A stretch of DNA of 61,881 nt, the filler included, from Perkinsus olseni (taxonomy: Eukaryota): NCBI GenBank assembly GCA_013115125.1. It is 10 parts of 10 records of this genome, joined end to end, with 100 filler letters (N's around TTAATTAATTAA, not from the genome) between each part and the next. Parts side by side here need not be neighbours in the genome. Positions count along the whole stretch, not along the records: positions 1 to 6,138 come from JABANN010001123.1; positions 6,239 to 12,372 come from JABANN010001124.1; 8 more parts are not named here. One strand, 5' to 3'. The first letter of the stretch is position 1, and each line of letters starts with the position of its first letter. The notes under the pieces were generated by a model. The model ran no database searches and was not told the origin of the DNA. It worked only from the letters and a program-made list of their open reading frames with translations. This document shows, in pieces, positions 1 to 10,920 of the stretch. The position numbers were made by a program, and so were the translations under genes.

Positions 1-76
1 AGACCCCCAATCGCAATAAATTGGAAGAAATGAGGAAAAAACGCGATGTGATATAATTTTGTGGAAGGGTTTACAA

Positions 77-109
77 TGCACTCGCTGGGAATTGAACCGG
101 GGACCTCAG
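77..109 (-). pseudogene. tRNA 3'-half fragment, antisense in a MAK21 intron, ending at the acceptor site
   Basis: Minus strand CTGAGGTCCCCGGTTCAATTCCCAGCGAGTGCA = variable loop + T-arm (GGTTCAATTCC) + acceptor-like 3' strand; no D-arm or anticodon arm. Confidence 0.6.
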
Positions 110-3100
110 GTGCGACCGGCTCATCGTGGAAGCCGCATTCATAAGCGAAAGAGGAAGGCTGATGGTCCGAACCAGGAGGATGTCCAACAGCGACTACGTA
201 TCATTCGGTTATGCTTGAGTGGCATGCATAAGGTAGGTGTTGATCGAATTCGGGGAATCTTTGAGCTGCGTCTCGTGGGTGTCTTGGAAATTGGTGAAAA
301 TTGGGTATCAAGTATGGCTTCGGTTTTGATGCTGATGCTTCGCGTGAAGATCATATCTTACCGTAGGCCTTCACCGTTGCCAACGAATCTTTGGTTGAAG
401 CTCGTCTTTCGGAAGAGGCCATGAACGCCATCCTTCGCTTGTCCTACAGTAGATCGGCGGAGGTCCCCCCGGCTGCTAGGAACGCTGCGGTTATGCTACT
501 TATCGAGGTGAGTGGAGAAGGGCACATCAATTTTACGCAAAATTTCTTCCGTAATTTTTCTTTTTTTTGAGGCATGGAAATCGGGGAAAATTTCGTATCC
601 CTGCAGCTGAAAAACCGGAAAACTAAATCCCCACCCCCCTGCAGGCGGCAAGGGAGGATTTTAGTTTGTCCATATCGAACTTAGTTGCTTGTGCGCTGTA
701 TATTTTCCATGCGAGAATCGGAAAATTTCGTGCCTTTTCACGAAAAAAAACTTTTCTTGTGGGGTCAGATAACCAGGGCTCAGACGAGAGGCAGCAATTT
801 GAGTGAGGAGGAGGCCGAGTTGGAGTCTCGGTGAGTGATAATGAACGGCGGAGCGATTTTTATTGCATTTTTGTAGCTGTTGGAGAGCCATTTATCATCA
901 CGTCCATTCCCTGGAGTCACAGTCAGCGGCGAACTATATTCCGCTGCTGCAGATGGTATGGGAATTGATGACTGCGAAGTCCACTACGCCGATCATGGCC
1001 GCTGCCACTTCGAGAAGGCTGCTGCAATTGGGTAATTTTTGGCGCGCGAGGGTGAATGGTATTTTTATCTTCAATGTGAAAGTAATTTTCGTAGTGCGAG
1101 GAGAAAATTGCTGTACAGAATGTGACGAAGGGAATGGTACGTGCAAAAATGAGGCCACTAAGCCAGGTGGTGGCAGCATCAGCTGAGGCTCGAGACAGCG
1201 CTCAATTAGTGGCTCAGGACTTCTATAGCTCGACCGCCGTTCTCGCCTGGCATATTGGGCACTTGCATGTTGCATAGAAAAAGGATGATATCTGATTGAA
1301 GACGAAGTATCTTTATTTTCAGCCTCCATGACGGTCGAGCCGGGCATGTCTGCCGTGGCCGAGCGGGCGTTAGATTTGGCTGCCGAGGGTTCCGAGGAGT
1401 TGCGCAAGTTGGTGAGCTGGGAGGCAAAAGAAGGAGAGAAGAAGTATGATCCCTTGGAAAGAGATCCTGGGTAAGGTTGGAGTGATCTTGCTATCTTGCC
1501 AAATCTTGCTTTTCCTCAGTCACAGTGCAGCCCTCGATGGCTCTAAGTGTGTTTGGGAGTCGCTTCCGATGGAGCATCACTATTGCCCGGCTGTAGCGGA
1601 CAAGAGTGGCATCAAGAAAACGGCGAGGGAGACGATCGAGCTGAACGCCTTCCCGAAGGCCCTGGCGGCGTTGTGTATCAATGTGGAAGATCAGAACGAG
1701 GAGGAGGGACAGGTCGCCTTACCCTGCGTGCTGCGGTAAGTTGGGTAATTTTGTGGCGCGCGGTCATTTAGAGCTCTGCATCTTCTGAGCTGTTGAGCCT
1801 TGTTGTGGTTCTGAATTTCGTGGCGCGCGGCCATTTAGGACTGTCCATGCTCATAATTGTAGAGCCTGTTGCGGATCAGGAGGAATTTTGTGGCGCGCGG
1901 TCATTCAGGGCTCTTTATGCTCAGAATTGTAGATCATGTTGCAGATTAGGAGGAATTTCGCGGCGCGCGGTCGTGGTTGGGTATTTGTGGTCGATGCAGG
2001 TATTATAACGATCCAGTGGTCGTGGCTCTGCGGGAGGAGCGTAAGAGGGCGAGCGAAAAGAACAGGGAAGATTACGTGGGAGTTGAAGATGAAGGCGAAG
2101 AGGAGGAGGAAGAGTTCTTCGAGAATGCTGCTAATGAGGAACTTGGGGAAGATATTCCAGAGGGTACCTTGGCGGAGCGAAGCGATTTTTGTTTATCACT
2201 TTTGTGCTTTTAGAAGAGGAGGAGTCGGAGGATGAGGCCTTGGCTGCTGCTCTTGCCGAGGAGGAGGAGAGCGGTGATGAGGAGGACCTGGGCGACTTTG
2301 ACGCTGATGAAGGTAACAATGGTGACACGGGAATTTGATGGGCGTTTGCACAGTGCCTTTGGCATGTCGATCACCTTCGAGAACGCCTTAGAAATTCCAC
2401 AGGAGATGATGAGTGTGATTTCCTTGAAGTCAGTGTTACGAAACCCGGAATGTCTATTGACAGCTTAGTTGGGTCCCAACTAAGCTGTCAATAGACATTC
2501 CGAAGATGTCAGAGCAGAATGATGGACATTCTCCCAACTGTTGGGAGAATGTCCATCATTCTGCTTGGTGTCTCGCCATACAGATACTTGCAGCGATGGT
2601 GATTCGGGGCTCTATGAGAGTGTCCCAGGCGTCTTCGGTGGCGCTGAATCAAATTAAATCGTCGACGCCGTGAAATAGTGGCAGATAATACTATTTCCAC
2701 TGCAGGAAATTTCCGCACTGGAAAATTATTTTTGACTGGAAAATTGACGAAGTCTATTGGGTGTGTAATTTAGCATTTATATTGCACCTAATTGTGCTCA
2801 GATGAAGAGGATGCCGCCGCCTTCGCCGCGATGGATGGCCTTGGTTCCGAACACGAGGAGGAGGACGAAGAAGAGGAGAAGGTACGCACAGGAAAATCGA
2901 CATACCGTTCTCTTTTGAACGGGAAAATTTGCACATTTTTCCGAAAATTTCGGCATTTACAGAATTTTATGGTGCCGCTGATCAGGTTGAGGTGTCGAAG
3001 TCGAAGAATCCTCGTAAGCGTCTCCGCGAGCTCATGGCCGGCGGGACGTTCGTGTCGGCCGATGAAGTTGCCGACCTTATCGCTGCGGACAACAAGAGAG

Positions 3101-3111
3101 GTCGCCGGTGA
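110..3111 (+). CDS. MAK21: MAK21/NOC1/CEBPZ-like ribosome biogenesis factor (multi-exon, 5' truncated)
   Basis: Spliced reading gives RLCLSGMHK|AFTV...MNAILRLSYS...AARNAAVMLLIE, ESRCWRAIYHHV, RRLLQL, KCVWESLPMEHHYCPAV (CBF/Mak21 WE..L..HYHP.V), a long acidic tract and a terminal FVSADEVADLI (FASAED-like). GT-AG introns lie between the blocks. Confidence 0.7.
1747..1972. repeat. ~70-bp period degenerate minisatellite in a MAK21 intron
   Basis: Core AATTTYGYGGCGCGCGGYC at 1747, 1814, 1884, 1954; related cores near 1034 and 43323. Confidence 0.8.
2446..2565. repeat. Two adjacent perfect palindromes (28-bp and 26-bp arms, 1-nt centre)
   Basis: 2446-2473/2475-2502 and 2513-2538/2540-2565 are exact reverse complements, checked base by base. 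Confidence 0.95.
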
Positions 3112-3845
3112 TCGACCTTCCTTGAAACGTTTACCAACACGTCAAAAAGATACGCTTCTGTTAGAGGCAGTTCTTGTGTTAAAGGTGTCGTCAATCCTGG
3201 GCGCGATTCTTGCGAGTGCGGGATGGTGTGGTATGATGGGGAGGAGTATCTTGCAATCTCAGGAAATCTTACTTCTCCTTAAGCGGCTTGCCTGTAATGA
3301 CCCCTCCCGCTACCACACTCCGCGTTTTCAGGAGCACTCATAACAAGTAAGCGCGCCAACTTTCGCGTTAATCCACTTCTGTGTTCTATCGCTGCAATTG
3401 ACAGAAGTAACTCTTCTGAAGGGACAGGTCGCCATCCGACAGCTACAGTGCGTCCCACTATAGACGACGGGATTTACATTTTTGTGGTTCAAGAAAGCTT
3501 TTTTAGGCTGTTCTAAGATAGCCGGAATCGATGGAACCTTCAGCGTGAGGAGAGATGCGTTCATTTTCGGGATTTCCATACCATGGGGTGTATTTTCTAA
3601 GAAGCGCTTCGAAAATGATCGGTATTTTTTAATGTCTCATTCGCCTTTTTCTGTCAATCCCGCTCTTACCGTATTTCGGGCTGAGATTTTCGGCTCCAGC
3701 ATAGCCGCTTTCCCGAGCGCGGGCCGCGCTGTTCGGCGCAGGCCGTACGCGTGCGCAAATCTTGGTCCTCGCGCATTGGCGCTCCTCAACGCCACTGAGG
3801 CTTCAGGACATTTCCTCGTAGTTTTTTGACGAATCGTTATTAACG

Positions 3846-4664
3846 ATGGGTAGTCCGAAGTTGACACCGGATAGCCTCTTTAAAAAGTGGGCTGCGGAGT
3901 ACAGCTGGTTCGAGTGGAGAGCTCACGGCATTGACGGCATCCAGTTCAGGTGTCGAGTATGCGCTCTGAATTCCTCTGCTGGAGCGTGGGGGCGGTAGCG
4001 CGAGGGTTCGAAAGCTCAGAAATCTACTGTTGTCGGTCACAACTCAGCGCGTACACATGCTGAGTCTCTCCGGTTCTCGGTAACCTGAGCAACGAATGAT
4101 AATCCTGGGGGCAAGCAACTGCAGAAGACCGAGGAGGCAAGACTGGAGAAGCTCAAGGCTAAGAGAGACCTGTTAAAGTGCGCCTTTTCGCTGGCCCAAG
4201 AGGAAGTAGCGATTGCCAAATTTTCGAGCCTGCTGAGAATGATCACCAGCCTATCTAAGTCGACGGTGGATGCAACGCAGCACAGCTCAGCCCACTCGGC
4301 CTGGAGCTTTCTGGAGTCGGCAGACATCGAGCTTCCTCATAAAGATGTTGAGGTGCTGAAATCATCACAATGCCACTGTATCATCCTAGATTCGACCAGT
4401 GAGGATGTGGAATGGCTGGCAGTGTTGGCCCGTTGCTTCGATGAGACAGATTCTCGGGAGGTTAAAGTGGTTTTGTGGGACCTGTTGCACATAGCCGATA
4501 CCAAGCTCCATGCTATCGTGAACGCGGTTCTGCAGCTATATGATAGAGATTCCGGTGATATTAGGAGCTGTGTGGGATGGGCATCTGATGGGTGCTCTGC
4601 AATGGTGAAGGCCTCGAAGGTCTTCAGTGGTATTGTATTTTTACATTCTCTGCTCACAGACTAG
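3846..4664 (+). pseudogene. hAT-superfamily (ZNF862-like) transposase remnant
   Basis: One frame from ATG 3846: FKKWAAEYSWF...CRVC...H..ARTH (TTF-type zinc finger), two in-frame stops, then CIILDSTSED.EWLAVLAR and CVGWASDGCSAM (first two DDE aspartate blocks of hAT). Confidence 0.75.
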
Positions 4665-5405
4665 ATCTGTGCCTTCTTTACTTACAAGCCTTCTTCCTTA
4701 CTCCTGCACTGCGGGCCCGCAGCCACTCCGATAATAGGTGACTACTTTTTTATCGGAATCCGATGCAGCCGGACTCTCTATACGCACACTCTCTCGAGTA
4801 TCAGATTCCAATGAATACACATTTGGCCTTTCGTAGTGGGGAACCCTGAGGTTAATAGCAAACTCGGTTGGTGACCAACCGTTGGTCGGCAAAATTTACA
4901 TAGGAAAATAGGAAAAATAAGAAAAATATCATTTTACTGCCGTGTTTGAGACTTCCACTGAGTGCTTTTGGAACATGGTGGCGGAGTGAAATTGCGTGCA
5001 TGTCTCGTCCTCATCATCTTTCAGCATTTTCCGCAATCTGGCGTTCGAGGAGTACCTGCAGAAGCACTGTTTGGACACGCCAACTCTGTGAGTCTTGGAC
5101 GGGACTAGTAGCTCAGGTCGATTATGGGGCGAGCTAGACTAGCTCAGCTAGTCTGCCCCTTGTCATGTATAATTTATACAGTATAAACAATTGGGATGCG
5201 GTCCCCATGATGCTGGTCTCTAAAAATGCTCACCAATACACTTCCATAGTGTGATCGAGTTATGTGCCCACACATTGTGTGGGCACAACGACATAAGAAG
5301 ATATAAGCCTCAGCTGAGAAGGCGTTGTTTAACTCTTCTTCGGGTTCAGTTTGAGACATTTTCGGTGTTTTTAGCTGAGGTTGGAATGGTCTTGGTCGCC
5401 TTCAG

Positions 5406-6056
5406 GTTTTTATGGCGCAATACACCAACAGTGACGATCGGGAGACATCAAAACCCGTGGGTGGAGTGTCGATTGAATACGATGGAAAAGGAGGGTGTCA
5501 ATTTGGCGCGGAGGTTAGCTGATGGAGCTGCGGAGGATCTTTCCCAATCTTTGCTGTGCGCAAGATACTCTGGAGGCGGCGCGGTCTTTCAAGATTTGGG
5601 ATGCACTACCTTCACGCTGCTGCAGAAGGAGGACGGCACCTCGAGCAGCTCTGAGATCATCGACAAGAACTTCGAGCTTCTAACTCGTGCCCTTTCGAAG
5701 GGGGTTGAGGTGAGCCCTTGCATAATAGAGCGACGATTCAGCTGCCAAAAGAGCTAAGGTTAGGCTAGTGGCGGTTGAGTTTTCTCATGATAGTTCTGCA
5801 TCCACTCAGTATATTTGACCACGGTTGTTTTATTGCACACGTACGAGTAGCGCAAATCAGCGCTCATGAGATGGTCAATCATTCTTCCGGGCACTTGCAG
5901 TTGTTAGATACCAGCGGTGCGGAAGGGCCGCAACGACATCGTCTTGTCCGCGGATGGACGTAAGATATCCGGCAACGCGTTCAAGCAGCTCCCGGGCAGC
6001 TTCGTTCTGCATCATGGCACGATACTCGTCAACAGCGACATGTCGGCTCTTGGAAG
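5406..6056 (+). CDS. lplA: Lipoate-protein ligase A, internal exons (3' truncated; candidate first exon at ~5284-5350 looks disrupted)
   Basis: [21 protein letters not shown]...[16 protein letters not shown]...[16 protein letters not shown]...[11 protein letters not shown] are the hallmark LplA motifs. Confidence 0.9.
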
Positions 6057-6138
6057 GTATGTTGTAGGGATGTTCACGTTTCGTACACCAAATAGTCGTA
6101 CATTTTCGACTCATGTCTCCAATACTCATACATCTTCG

Positions 6139-6238
6139 NNNNNNNNNNNNNNNNNNNNNNNNNNNNNNNNNNNNNNNNNNNNTTAATTAATTAANNNNNN
6201 NNNNNNNNNNNNNNNNNNNNNNNNNNNNNNNNNNNNNN
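6139..6238. other. Artificial contig spacer (also 12373-12472, 18598-18697, 24792-24891, 30984-31083, 37175-37274, 43355-43454, 49534-49633, 55711-55810)
   Basis: Identical 44N-TTAATTAATTAA-44N block (stops in six frames) nine times; intervening contig lengths fall monotonically. Confidence 0.98.
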
Positions 6239-7348
6239 TCAACGTTCAGGATACACCGGCTTCAGTTTGTTTTCTCTTCCCCATGGCTCAAACTGATGTG
6301 TATCCGGTCCGTGATCAGCTCTCAGCCCGATGTTGTGGCGTGTCCCCCCTGCTTCGTCAATTCTTGAGCTGGGGAAGTCAGATAGTGCCAGATCTGAGGT
6401 ACAGCCACGGCGAAAAGCATGAGAGGAAAGCTTGTGGTAGTGAGGAATGCCAGCCCTCTTCGCACAATGTTTGAGCGTGAGATTAAATGCCGTTAACGAC
6501 AAGCTCATCTCGTGTGCTGTCAGAAGGTATTTAGCTGCCTCGACTGGGCAAAGAAGAGCTCCAAACTCTTGGCATGTACATTTTCTGCTTATACTTACCG
6601 ATTTGAACGAGTTCTTTCTTTGTCTGAGGTGCAATACCACAGAGCTTTTGTCGCAGATGAGCTGGCGATTGCGATCGTTCAGCAATTCAGACCTCACACG
6701 AAGATTGAAGCAGTAGGCTAGGACGCACAAGGCACGGAAGAGTGGGAGATGGTCCGTGGTAGCTTGGTGCACCAGTCGCTGTAAGATAGCTAAGGAGATG
6801 AAGGACTTGTCTCGCTTTGCTGCTCGAAGGAGTTTGTGGCACCCCGAAGCCATGATACCAGTGAGTGTGTCGCCGAAGGGAATAGGCAGGTTGAGGAGGT
6901 CATGAAGCTTGCGTAAGGCGGGAAGATACCGGACGTGCACAGGATTGGCCACCAAAAATTCCTGCGCTATGTGTGAGCTTGTTGGGAGAGCGGCAGAATG
7001 AGGATATACGCTCCAGTACCAACAAAGATAGATCTTGATCGCGGATTTGTATGAGCGCCACGTTGATGGCTGCAGATGAGCTTCTATGAGGCGTAGTTGG
7101 TCAAGAGGTAACCAAGGGAGACCAGTGGCGAAAAGAACCGCTTTGTAATCTGGATGAGATCTCACTATAGAGATCTTCACCACAGTACCGAGTGGAAGAG
7201 TAGGGCTTGGAGACCAAGAGTGGAATTGAGCCAGAGTGTGGATGCCATGGTGAAGGAGAGCTGCGAGCAATGTCTCAGGTCGATGAATAAGGCGTAGTAT
7301 GAGCTGTTGTAGTCCTAGAATGTTGTATGACATGGTGAACCTAGCCAA
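6239..7348 (-). CDS. Tyrosine recombinase of the retroelement (C-terminus aberrant)
   Basis: N-terminal binding region (STWRSYKSAI..YL), FNLRVRSELL (catalytic R), RQRKNS (K), CPVEA, SSHAFRRG (HxxR). Confidence 0.85.
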   Translation of the reverse strand: MARFTMSYNILGLQQLILRLIHRPETLLAALLHHGIHTLAQFHSWSPSPTLPLGTVVKISIVRSHPDYKAVLFATGLPWLPLDQLRLIEAHLQPSTWRSYKSAIKIYLCWYWSVYPHSAALPTSSHIAQEFLVANPVHVRYLPALRKLHDLLNLPIPFGDTLTGIMASGCHKLLRAAKRDKSFISLAILQRLVHQATTDHLPLFRALCVLAYCFNLRVRSELLNDRNRQLICDKSSVVLHLRQRKNSFKSVSISRKCTCQEFGALLCPVEAAKYLLTAHEMSLSLTAFNLTLKHCAKRAGIPHYHKLSSHAFRRGCTSDLALSDFPSSRIDEAGGTRHNIGLRADHGPDTHQFEPWGRENKLKPVYPER

Positions 7349-7448
7349 GAGACTGAAGAGGAAGCAAGCGGGATGTAGGAGAGAGAACGCGACCAGTGTG
7401 GTGATGAATGAGTTTAATGATGCGATATGTGATAGAGAGAAAATTGTG

Positions 7449-9623
7449 CTAGCGTGGTATATCAGAAGTTAATGGGCAGTGCTCAACCCAGGGTGGGAGG
7501 ACAACTGGGAGGGGTTGTACATCACATTCAAACTCTTCCAGGTCCCCTCCACGAGACAGCGAATCAGCATAATTGAGCTTAGAAGCGACGTGCGCAACGA
7601 AAAGCGTAGTTATGCCGAGCTCTGCCACCCGCTTCCAGAACTTGCCACCAATAATATTGAGAATGGGGGAGATGGTAGACCCCCGGATGATAAGACTTTC
7701 ACAAGTGGTGCTGTCGACGAAGATGAGAGCGGGCTTGGTGGAGATGTAGTCCCGGAAGGACTCTAATGCGGCACCCGCAGCAATAATCTCCAGCAAGTTA
7801 ATGTGTGTTGTGGTGGGAGCTAGCTTCAGTTTCCCAGCAAGACGTGGTATGGTGAACTGTTGTGGGGCAGCTATACCGAGACCGAAGCCCGATGATGCAT
7901 CAGAATAGCATATGAAAGGTGAGGTTGTGAGGCGCACTTCCTGTAGCAAATCTCGAACGTAGTCCCTGCTTGAAAAAATGTCAAGCAAGCTTGTTATGGC
8001 AAAGTTGATCGTATCTGAGGAAGTTTGTATTCCCTGAGAAGCACGTATGAGAATGCGAGTTTGGGCGCGGCCTAGGCGACCGAGGAGCGCCTCACAGCAG
8101 AAAGAAAGCTTACCAGTCAACTTAGAACTGAGGAGTGAGTGATTATTCAGAGCAGCAAGGAGCTCAGAGAGGATCCTCTCCCTCCGGCTACTTGTGAGGC
8201 GCACTCTACAAAGTCCGTGAGACAAATCTACTTCTAAGCCGAGGAGCTCATTACAAGACGCCGGAGGGATCGTCTTGGAGCTTTTCACTTGTGCTCCCGT
8301 GAGGGAGTTGATGAAAAGAAAGAACTCGAAGGCGGACTCGCAAGTATCACAACGTTCTACAGGAAAATAATCATCCATATAACTGAACAAGGAACATAGA
8401 CCTAAACATCGTGCGAAGTGGCAGTGCAACTCTCCAATTCTAAGGTAGGCGGAGACACTCCCGATGGCTCCAAACGGAGCCACCAGGGGCTGCACAGCCT
8501 GAATCGTTCCATCCGTATGAAGAAAAAGGCCGGCAGCGCGAGATGCATCAGTGAGCGGTATAGGGAGTTGACGATAGGCAGCCTGGTGATCTATGCGAGC
8601 CAAGTGAAAGGCAGAGTCGTCGGTAGCTGAGACGGCCATAAGAGAAGCTACATGCCCCAAACGAGGCATCTCGACTTTGTGTCTGGTAGTAGTAGCTTGG
8701 TTGAAGGTAAACTGATTGACACGAAATGAATAATTAGAAATCAGCCGAATCTTCGAAATCTGGTCTATGGCGAAGACCGGGGAAGCAAAGAGTATAGACC
8801 GAGGTAGCATATCATCGACGATGGGAAAGGGGCCCAAAGCTCGCCCCAGAGAGACCTCTGTGTGGACGTCGTCTACAACCGCTTGCTGCAGTCGTGAATC
8901 TTTCGTGGAGGATCTCAAATATGAAGATAGCCGTCTGACATCAGCGGGGACAACCCGAAGAGCGTCGGCTCGGCAGCGGGACAGGCGGGGCTTGGGCAGA
9001 TTCGGGAATAATCCACCACTCGGAATATCCCCGGAGATAGGAAACCCTTCCGAGAGGTCTGTCACTATATTGGTGTCGATGTGGTGCGTGAGGGACACCA
9101 GGAGTTGGATAGTGCTGAGCTGCCAATGCGAAGCTGCTCTGTGTGACTGGAGACCTGTGTCTCCCTTATGGGAGGCTATGAAATCTTCTAGGGCTTTTTG
9201 ATTATGATGTCGGATCCAACGGAGTTCCGCCGCTGTCAGGGCCTTGGAAGCAGCCGCTGTGGCTTGTAGCATGGTGGGTAAACCGAATCTGGAACGAATG
9301 TCGTAGTGTTGATTGATCACCCACTGTGCGTGAGCTGAGGGAGCAGTGATTGTAGAGGGAGGATCATAGTCTGAAGGGTGCAGTCCCCTTTTCGGCTTGG
9401 TGACAGGGTATCCATACCGGATAGCAACTCCTTCTTGGGGGCGTATGAGAAGTATGTCATGGTCGATTACAACTTCTAGCAGATCGGCTAATGACGCCCT
9501 CTTGATGGCGTGTACTAGTTTACGTCGAATCCCAGCTCGGGTAGAGCGGTGACCCCGTCTAAGCTTAGATGGGGGTGGTTTCGAAGACGGGCGTGGATGA
9601 CAGTCGTCAGGCGTGGAGGTCAT
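7449..9623 (-). CDS. Reverse transcriptase + RNase H (DIRS/Ngaro type)
   Basis: KIRLISNY, IDHQAAYRQLPI, PFGAIGSV, YMDD, LLGLEVD; RNase H YSDAS, INLLE, FVDS, HVASKLNYADSLSRG. Confidence 0.93.
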   Translation of the reverse strand: MTSTPDDCHPRPSSKPPPSKLRRGHRSTRAGIRRKLVHAIKRASLADLLEVVIDHDILLIRPQEGVAIRYGYPVTKPKRGLHPSDYDPPSTITAPSAHAQWVINQHYDIRSRFGLPTMLQATAAASKALTAAELRWIRHHNQKALEDFIASHKGDTGLQSHRAASHWQLSTIQLLVSLTHHIDTNIVTDLSEGFPISGDIPSGGLFPNLPKPRLSRCRADALRVVPADVRRLSSYLRSSTKDSRLQQAVVDDVHTEVSLGRALGPFPIVDDMLPRSILFASPVFAIDQISKIRLISNYSFRVNQFTFNQATTTRHKVEMPRLGHVASLMAVSATDDSAFHLARIDHQAAYRQLPIPLTDASRAAGLFLHTDGTIQAVQPLVAPFGAIGSVSAYLRIGELHCHFARCLGLCSLFSYMDDYFPVERCDTCESAFEFFLFINSLTGAQVKSSKTIPPASCNELLGLEVDLSHGLCRVRLTSSRRERILSELLAALNNHSLLSSKLTGKLSFCCEALLGRLGRAQTRILIRASQGIQTSSDTINFAITSLLDIFSSRDYVRDLLQEVRLTTSPFICYSDASSGFGLGIAAPQQFTIPRLAGKLKLAPTTTHINLLEIIAAGAALESFRDYISTKPALIFVDSTTCESLIIRGSTISPILNIIGGKFWKRVAELGITTLFVAHVASKLNYADSLSRGGDLEEFECDVQPLPVVLPPWVEHCPLTSDIPR

Positions 9624-9879
9624 GCACGGAGCGTGAACTCAAGAAACGAGGAAAAATGATCAGACTAGATCAACGCAAAGCTCTAGCAGCTAGAGAAGCG
9701 GACTACGTCACGTGGATATGAATGTGATTAACTAATCGGAGATCAACAAGGGATGGATGAAATGAGCGGAAGCATGAGATAAGAGCTAATGGTATAGAGT
9801 CCTGCTATTTGTGTGCTGGGACCCTCAGCCTGAGGAGTGTAGCCTATTTGAGTAGTCGATTTACTTGGCAGAATCGTGT

Positions 9880-10920
9880 TTAGTAGTAGAAGAACCAGAG
9901 CTTTTGTTTTGGGTCTTGTGACAAGACTCTTGTCCCACGAGTCGGAGTGCCACCCTTTGTGATAGTTGTTGTAGGAGCTGTAGCGCCAGTCGTACTTGTA
10001 ACCTCCCACCAATTGTAGGATTTCGCCCAGGGGTTGGAAGACTTAGTAGACTTCTGCTGGGGAGAGGTCTGCGGAGGAGCCGAGAAGCCGGTAAAGGTAG
10101 TGCATATCTGTTCCAGAGTTGGAGAACGACCGTGATGAGTAAGTAGGTCAACATCGGCAGTGCGGTTGTCAGCTACCGCAGCAGCAACTTGTTGGATGAG
10201 AGACTCGAATGTATTTTTAGCACGGAGGGTCCCGTTAGGACCATATCCAGCATCACATAAAATGCCTACACAGGTAGCTGCGGCAGAGCAGGACACGAGA
10301 TCGGCCTTGCACAATCGTGCCATGAACCCTTGTCCAGCGAGAATAATAGCGGTGATGGGTAAGCCCGTGTTTGAGTCATCGAACTTATGGTTCTTCATGC
10401 GCCTCCAACCCTGAGGAATGTAGTCGTACCAATTCATCTCGAGCCAAGTTGATAACCAGTTCTTGCGATACGGTAAAGGCGCTAGAAGATGACCGGGTAG
10501 AGGGTGGTGCGGTGATACTGTAGAGGAGGGTAGTTGAGGGAGGCCTGATAAGTCGCCTGCGGGAATCGCTGGATGACGGTCTACCGGTGAGGCTTTGTCG
10601 TGAGGATCAGCCATAGTGAGATGTAAGAAGCGACGAGTTTGGGAGTCGAGGTCATCATTGCTCGAGAGAGAAAGGACCTCGTGCTGCTCATCTTGCTGAG
10701 GGAGATCAGGTGGCGGCACAGGCGCTGGTGAGGAGACAGGCGTCGATTTCTTGAGCTTATTTGAGACTAGCAAAGGAGTTGCGGTTGAAGGTGCCCGCTG
10801 ACGAGGAGACCGGCGAATCGCGGCTGGTTGGCCAGAGAGGGGGTTGACAGGATGCTTAGACGCAGGAGATGAACGTGTAGCCTTGCTTTTGCGATTGACT
10901 CTTTTGACCATGGGTAACAA
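9880..10920 (-). CDS. ORF1 (putative gag) of the YR retroelement
   Basis: 346-aa intronless ORF directly upstream of RT, with a basic Pro/Ser-rich N-terminus; assigned by position only. Confidence 0.6.
   Translation of the reverse strand: MLPMVKRVNRKSKATRSSPASKHPVNPLSGQPAAIRRSPRQRAPSTATPLLVSNKLKKSTPVSSPAPVPPPDLPQQDEQHEVLSLSSNDDLDSQTRRFLHLTMADPHDKASPVDRHPAIPAGDLSGLPQLPSSTVSPHHPLPGHLLAPLPYRKNWLSTWLEMNWYDYIPQGWRRMKNHKFDDSNTGLPITAIILAGQGFMARLCKADLVSCSAAATCVGILCDAGYGPNGTLRAKNTFESLIQQVAAAVADNRTADVDLLTHHGRSPTLEQICTTFTGFSAPPQTSPQQKSTKSSNPWAKSYNWWEVTSTTGATAPTTTITKGGTPTRGTRVLSQDPKQKLWFFYY

Noticed and set aside
1747-1972. Regularly spaced repeats resembling a CRISPR array
   Set aside because: The spacers are homologous to each other, the repeats are degenerate, the site is a eukaryotic intron and there are no cas genes.
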